DNA of 64,000 nucleotides, taken from Clostridia bacterium (lineage in GTDB: Bacteria > Bacillota > Clostridia > Oscillospirales > CAG-272). The position numbers were made by a program, and so were the translations under genes. Positions 59,570 through 64,000 of this stretch are shown in pieces (the first letter of the stretch is position 1; every line of letters begins with the position of its first letter). The stretch spans positions 32,103-96,102 of the forward strand of contig JAFUOQ010000001.1 in the NCBI GenBank assembly GCA_017472695.1, given 5' to 3'. The notes below the pieces were generated by a model that was not told the origin of the DNA, ran no database searches, and saw only the letters and a list, made by a program, of their open reading frames with translations.

Positions 59570-60244
59570 TTAGAATATTTGGTCTAATTCGTCAAAATCC
59601 TCATTTTCTTCTTTAGCTCTGATTTCAGCAAATTGGCTCTTTTGTATAAGCACACTTTCAAGCTCGTTGACTTGCCCACGTCTGCCACCGATAAATATAC
59701 TAGCACCACCAAGCGAACAAGCAACCAAAATAAGCACAAACAGAACAATATATGTGAGCATAATCAATGCATCAAATGATATATATAGATCTACATATAA
59801 TATTCCTATAATGTAAATTATATCGAGGAGCAGTTGCATGAAAGCAATGTGCATACCTATAATACAAACAGCGGCAATTCCAATAAGAATTGCAAAAATA
59901 ACAACCTTTAAAATAATAGGCTTTTTAGATTTGCTAGTGTTAGGTGGAGTAAATCTGAAATCGTTAGGAATGTTGTCGGCTTTTAAAACAAGCTTTTCAA
60001 GTGTCACAACTCTTTTTGTCTGCAAAGCGACTAGTATTATTGAAATTATGCAAATAATATCAATCGGCAGGCAATAAACCAAACTGAAAACAAAGGAAGA
60101 GTAAGCTGTTATGTCGAATGAACGTGCAAAGTTGAGAATTGAAGCTGTAAGCTGAAGCACAAGCATAATCAAGGTTGTGCACATAATAGCAATTAAAACT
60201 ATAATAAGTGATACACGCAATATTTTACCTAAAACACTACTCAT
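59570..60244 (-). CDS. polytopic membrane protein with acidic C-terminal tail, unknown function
   Basis: 224 aa from ATG 60244, preceded by AAGGAGGAAG. About six TM helices, then the segment IFIGGRRGQVNELESVL and the tail ENEDFDELDQIF. It overlaps the upstream gene by 8 nt. Confidence 0.5.
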   Translation of the reverse strand: MSSVLGKILRVSLIIVLIAIMCTTLIMLVLQLTASILNFARSFDITAYSSFVFSLVYCLPIDIICIISIILVALQTKRVVTLEKLVLKADNIPNDFRFTPPNTSKSKKPIILKVVIFAILIGIAAVCIIGMHIAFMQLLLDIIYIIGILYVDLYISFDALIMLTYIVLFVLILVACSLGGASIFIGGRRGQVNELESVLIQKSQFAEIRAKEENEDFDELDQIF

Positions 60245-60695
60245 GGTCTTCCTCCTTTGCAATCAAAGGATTCTTGGTACTGTCTTCCTCATCCTTGCTT
60301 GTGAATTCGTCATAAACTGGCTCATCCGTGTTAAAGCATTTTTCGTCTGATTGACTCTCGGAATTATAAGAGTTGGCATATGCCTCGTCTATAACAGCCT
60401 TGATTTTTGCTAGCCTGTTATCACTGCTACCAACAAAAATGTATAAAACACTGACAATACAACCAAGAGCAATTATTGCGAAAAGCAATGACAATATTGC
60501 TGAAAGAAAAAGCGATGTTGAATTGATAACCAAGGACAGAATAACGAAAAAGGAAAGAGGTATGTTTGCAATTTTAAAGATAATGGTGTAAATTTGACCA
60601 CAAGCTGAAGCTAAAGCACAAACCATAGCAAAAACAGAAATCAGAGCTGTGGTTATCAAAATAACTGCTAAAAAAATCTTTAATGCTTTTTTCAT
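60237..60695 (-). CDS. membrane protein with acidic C-terminal tail, shorter paralogue-like partner
   Basis: 152 aa with three TM helices, then IFVGSSDNRLAKIKAVI and an acidic Ser/Asp/Glu-rich tail. A consensus minus-strand promoter (TTGACA-17-TATAAT) lies at 60793-60765. Confidence 0.5.
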   Translation of the reverse strand: MKKALKIFLAVILITTALISVFAMVCALASACGQIYTIIFKIANIPLSFFVILSLVINSTSLFLSAILSLLFAIIALGCIVSVLYIFVGSSDNRLAKIKAVIDEAYANSYNSESQSDEKCFNTDEPVYDEFTSKDEEDSTKNPLIAKEEDHE

Positions 60696-60856
60696 AAAAC
60701 CTCCTTCGTTATTTCTTGTAAGAGCAATAAATATAAAAACAATAAAACTCTAATAATATAATATATTATAGCACTAATAATATTTATTGTCAATAATTTT
60801 ATGTGTCTAATTCATATAAACATATGAACAAGTGAACATAATTAAATACAGCAGAG

Positions 60857-62092
60857 CTATAATTTGCGGTTTTTAATGCCCTCCCAATATGCTTTAGCAC
60901 TTTGCTCGGTTTTGTTTTCTCCAAAGGTATAGTACTTCGCATTTTTTAAATCATTTGGCAAATACTGTTGTTCACACCAATCATTTGGATATTCGTGTGG
61001 GTATTTATATCCCTTGAAAAGTGGGGCTTGAAGGTGCGTAGGAATAGTATCTCCTTTTCCTAGCTTAATATCCGCACTCGCCTTGGCAATAGCTTCGTAA
61101 GCAGTATTGGACTTTGGCGCAGTTGCAAGCATAATAGCACAGCTTGCCAAGGGTATTCTTGCTTCTGGTAATCCAAGAGCTTTAGCACTCTCACAAAGGG
61201 CATATGTAATTTGAGAAGCTTGTGGATAGGCAAGACCAATATCTTCACTTGCAATCACTAGCAGTCGTCTGATTGGCGAAAGCAAATCTCCACCCTCAAG
61301 CAATTTTGCAAGATAGAAAACCGCTGCATCAGGGTCAGAGCCTCGAATGGATTTTTGAAGTCCTGACAAAAGATTGTAATGAACATCAGAGTCCTTGTCA
61401 AAAAGACCGGCAGAAATAGTTGGAATAAATTCCATTGCTACTTCCTTTGTAACATTATCATCGCTAGCAAAATACGCTCCCTCAAAAAGAGTCAATGCAT
61501 GGCGCACATCTCCGTGAGCACAGGAGGCTAAAAATTCTAGTGCATCATCAGTCACATTTTTATTTAGGTTGTTTTCTTCATTCAAAAGAGAAAGCGCGCG
61601 CTTAAGAACTGGCACTATTGCTTTTGCCGAAACATGCTTAAATTCAAAAACAGAGCATCTAGAAATTAGTGCATCATAAATATAAAAATAAGGATTTTCT
61701 GTGGTTGATGCAATTAGGGTAACACGTCCGTCCTCAATATATTCAAGAAGTGACTGTTGTTGCTTTTTGTTAAAATATTGAATTTCGTCGAGATAGAGCA
61801 AAATTCCATTTTGACCAAAAATTCCATCACTGCTGGCAATAACCTCTTTAACATCAGATAGGGAGGCTGTGGTAGCATTTAACTTAAACATTTGCATACC
61901 AGAGTTTTTTGCAATAATATTTGCAACAGTAGTTTTACCTGTACCTGGAGGTCCAAAGAATATCATATTTGAAATTCTGCCTGCACTTATCATTCGGCTA
62001 ATAACGCCGTTAATAGAAATCAAATGCTCCTGTCCTGCAATCTCATCAAAGGAACTAGGGCGCAGACGCTGTGCAAGTGGTGTGCTTTTCAT
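60857..62092 (-). CDS. rarA: replication-associated recombination protein A (AAA+ ATPase)
   Basis: Walker A GPPGTGKTT, Walker B LYLDEIQ, and a MgsA C-terminal domain. Confidence 0.9.
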   Translation of the reverse strand: MKSTPLAQRLRPSSFDEIAGQEHLISINGVISRMISAGRISNMIFFGPPGTGKTTVANIIAKNSGMQMFKLNATTASLSDVKEVIASSDGIFGQNGILLYLDEIQYFNKKQQQSLLEYIEDGRVTLIASTTENPYFYIYDALISRCSVFEFKHVSAKAIVPVLKRALSLLNEENNLNKNVTDDALEFLASCAHGDVRHALTLFEGAYFASDDNVTKEVAMEFIPTISAGLFDKDSDVHYNLLSGLQKSIRGSDPDAAVFYLAKLLEGGDLLSPIRRLLVIASEDIGLAYPQASQITYALCESAKALGLPEARIPLASCAIMLATAPKSNTAYEAIAKASADIKLGKGDTIPTHLQAPLFKGYKYPHEYPNDWCEQQYLPNDLKNAKYYTFGENKTEQSAKAYWEGIKNRKL

Positions 62093-62219
62093 AATGCCTC
62101 CCGAAAATAATATAAATATATTTTAACATAATAATAGGGAAAAATCAATATAATATACTTAAAGACTGCCAAAGATTACAATGTGAAATTTTTAATTATA
62201 TTTGCAAAAAGGGAGAAGC

Positions 62220-62537
62220 ATGAAATATTTTATATTTAACAAAGCAAGAGATAAAAGGAAAGATGTAAAAGCTAAAAACGATTTGAAGAATTTAGCCGAG
62301 CTACTAGTCTTTGCTTTTTCAATGTGTGCAATTACTATTCTTGTAATTTTTGCAAGCTTGGATTTTGATGGTGAAATTGATATGAAAGAAAAAAGTGAAT
62401 ACGTGTCGTTAATTTGTAAAAGCGAAGCATATGAAATTTTTGATTTAAATTTGCTTGAAAACAACGAAATTGTTGGGGGAGTGTCTGGAAAAGAAAAAAG
62501 AATTAATGACAAAACAGTGCTCTCTGAAAATAACTAG
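62220..62537 (+). CDS. small single-pass membrane protein, unknown function
   Basis: 105 aa from ATG 62220 (GGGAGA RBS). Basic N-terminus, one TM helix (LLVFAFSMCAITILVIFASL), then a soluble tail. It ends 6 nt before the M50 gene. Confidence 0.4.
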   Translation: MKYFIFNKARDKRKDVKAKNDLKNLAELLVFAFSMCAITILVIFASLDFDGEIDMKEKSEYVSLICKSEAYEIFDLNLLENNEIVGGVSGKEKRINDKTVLSENN

Positions 62538-62543
62538 GTTACA

Positions 62544-63119
62544 ATGCTTCTTGATAAATTAGCTTGGTTTTCAATCCTTTTAACTGCACTAAGCATTTCA
62601 ATTTCTCCATATCCCTTAATACTTGTGCTTACATACCTAATTCACGAAGGAGGGCATTTGTTTTTTGCGACACTCTGTGGGGCGAAAATAAAAAAATTCA
62701 AAATAGGCGGATTCCATTTGAGCCTCTCATATGATTGCTCACAAATTAGCTATAAAAAAGAGGCACTAGTGTGCGTCGGGGGCATTGTTTTCAATACTTT
62801 AGCGGCGCGTTTAGCTGTTTTTTTGCCGTTTTCAAAGGGTGAAAGATGGAATTTTTTTGTGGTTTGCAATTTTTGTCTTGCACTTATGAATTTGTATCCT
62901 GCCGAGATTTTAGATGGTGGGGGAGTGCTTCGTTCGATTCTTTATGTCTTTCTTTCACAGGATAAAGCGGAGAAAATAACGAGGGGAGTGTCTATTTTTG
63001 CCACTATTCTGCTGTGGCTACTTTGCGTTTATTTTCAGCTCGTTTTTTCTTCTAGTCTTTCTCTCTTTTTTATTTCACTGGTTTTGCTTGTCGAACTTTG
63101 CTTTTCCTTTATAAAATAA
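62544..63119 (+). CDS. minimal M50-family site-2 metalloprotease (no PDZ/CBS domain)
   Basis: HExxH in a TM helix (LIHEGGHLFF) and the second S2P motif NLYPAEILDGG. Only 191 aa. Confidence 0.7.
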   Translation: MLLDKLAWFSILLTALSISISPYPLILVLTYLIHEGGHLFFATLCGAKIKKFKIGGFHLSLSYDCSQISYKKEALVCVGGIVFNTLAARLAVFLPFSKGERWNFFVVCNFCLALMNLYPAEILDGGGVLRSILYVFLSQDKAEKITRGVSIFATILLWLLCVYFQLVFSSSLSLFFISLVLLVELCFSFIK

Positions 63120-63251
63120 TATTAAAAAAATTGCGCGTAAGTATTGCACAAACCGTATTTTTCTGCTATAATGCAAATGATTTACTTTTTTTGGCGAGAA
63201 GAGAAGATTCTTGTCAATGTGAGTCAAGTCTATGAAAGAACGGGGAGAGAA

Positions 63252-64000
63252 ATGAACGAAAAAAAGATCATTGAGCCAAAGGGTGAAACAGTAGCTACCG
63301 GCGAAGAAAATGTAGAAACTAAAAAGATTGTGCAGCTCAAAAATGTTGCAAAATCCTTCGATGGCGAGATTATTCTTGACCATATCAACCTTGATGTGTA
63401 TGAAAAGGAATTTATTACACTTTTAGGTCCATCAGGCTGTGGTAAGACCACCACACTTCGCATTATCGCGGGCTTTGTTACACCGGATACGGGCGATGTG
63501 CTCTTTGAGGATGAAAGAATTAATGATTTGCCACCTCATAAGCGCCATGTTAACACTGTATTCCAAAAGTATGCGTTATTTCCGCATCTCAATGTTTATG
63601 AAAACATTGCCTTTGCTCTTCGATTGAAGAAGGTTTCAGAAGAAGAAATTTATGAGCGCGTAGAGGAAATGCTTGCTATGGTTAACCTACGCGGATTTGA
63701 AAAAAAGGATGTTAATTTGTTGTCAGGTGGTCAGCAACAGCGTGTTGCCATTGCCCGTGCGCTAATTAACAAGCCAAAGGTTCTTTTGCTTGATGAACCT
63801 TTAGGAGCTCTCGATTTGAAGCTCCGTAAGGATATGCAAAATGAGCTAAAAAATATACAGAGAAAAACAGGTATTACCTTCGTTTATGTTACTCACGACC
63901 AAGAGGAAGCACTTTCTATGTCTGATACCGTTGTAGTTATGGCAGATGGTAAAATTCAGCAAATTGGCTCTCCAACAGATATATATAACGAGCCAGAAAA
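63252..64000 (+). CDS. potA: spermidine/putrescine ABC transporter ATPase, 5' partial (runs off the window)
   Basis: Not in the ORF track because no stop is reached. My own translation gives [34 protein letters not shown] and [27 protein letters not shown] and a TTGCAC-17-TATAAT promoter lie upstream. Confidence 0.9.
   Translation, partial: MNEKKIIEPKGETVATGEENVETKKIVQLKNVAKSFDGEIILDHINLDVYEKEFITLLGPSGCGKTTTLRIIAGFVTPDTGDVLFEDERINDLPPHKRHVNTVFQKYALFPHLNVYENIAFALRLKKVSEEEIYERVEEMLAMVNLRGFEKKDVNLLSGGQQQRVAIARALINKPKVLLLDEPLGALDLKLRKDMQNELKNIQRKTGITFVYVTHDQEEALSMSDTVVVMADGKIQQIGSPTDIYNEPE

Overview
This 64-kb window looks like a low-GC Gram-positive, Clostridia-like chromosome. The evidence is sigmaA-type TTGACA-17-TATAAT promoters, a T-box leader, a THF riboswitch, ECF S-components and an LL-DAP aminotransferase. 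It is densely coding and mostly housekeeping.

Gene content, in order:
- A translationally coupled pyrG-purF-carA-carB block, then dapF-dapL-nadE.
- An operon of an enoate-reductase-like flavoenzyme, a split aconitase-X pair (DUF521/DUF126) and a polytopic M28 peptidase.
- A LysM/CAP protein, a HAD hydrolase, nagB and a ClC channel.
- T-box-controlled thrS followed by a flavin-reductase/rubredoxin fusion.
- A Cys-rich permease, then THF riboswitch-folT-folC.
- A small glycopolymer export/priming cluster that runs straight into nfeD and an SPFH gene.
- mtaB, a pseudouridine synthase, an LCP-like protein, birA-bioY, ung, and a ThuA/Gfo-Idh-MocA pair.
- Type II pantothenate kinase, a SpeE-like protein and tRNA-Arg(CCG).
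- fhs, tsaE-tsaB-rpiB, araA and an isolated BspA-type LRR surface protein.
- A complete argGHCJBDF operon with ARG-box-like repeats, two paralogous membrane proteins, rarA, a minimal M50 site-2 protease and the 5' part of potA.

I found no CRISPR array, transposase, integrase, rRNA or recognisable defence genes.

Most interesting leads:
1. The Rex-like-operator-controlled ene-reductase + AcnX + M28 operon, a candidate uncharacterised dehydrate-then-reduce pathway.
2. A 1.09-kb cassette bounded by ~45-nt imperfect inverted repeats between two convergent core genes. It carries its own promoter, a ~210-nt riboswitch-like structured leader ending in a terminator, and a PH-like/SHOCT protein.
3. 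A sharp codon-usage/GC step at ~10.1-10.3 kb.
4. A repeat-rich, T16-containing upstream region and terminator-like direct repeats around the LRR gene.

All calls come from reading the sequence and from remembered family motifs. No database search was run.
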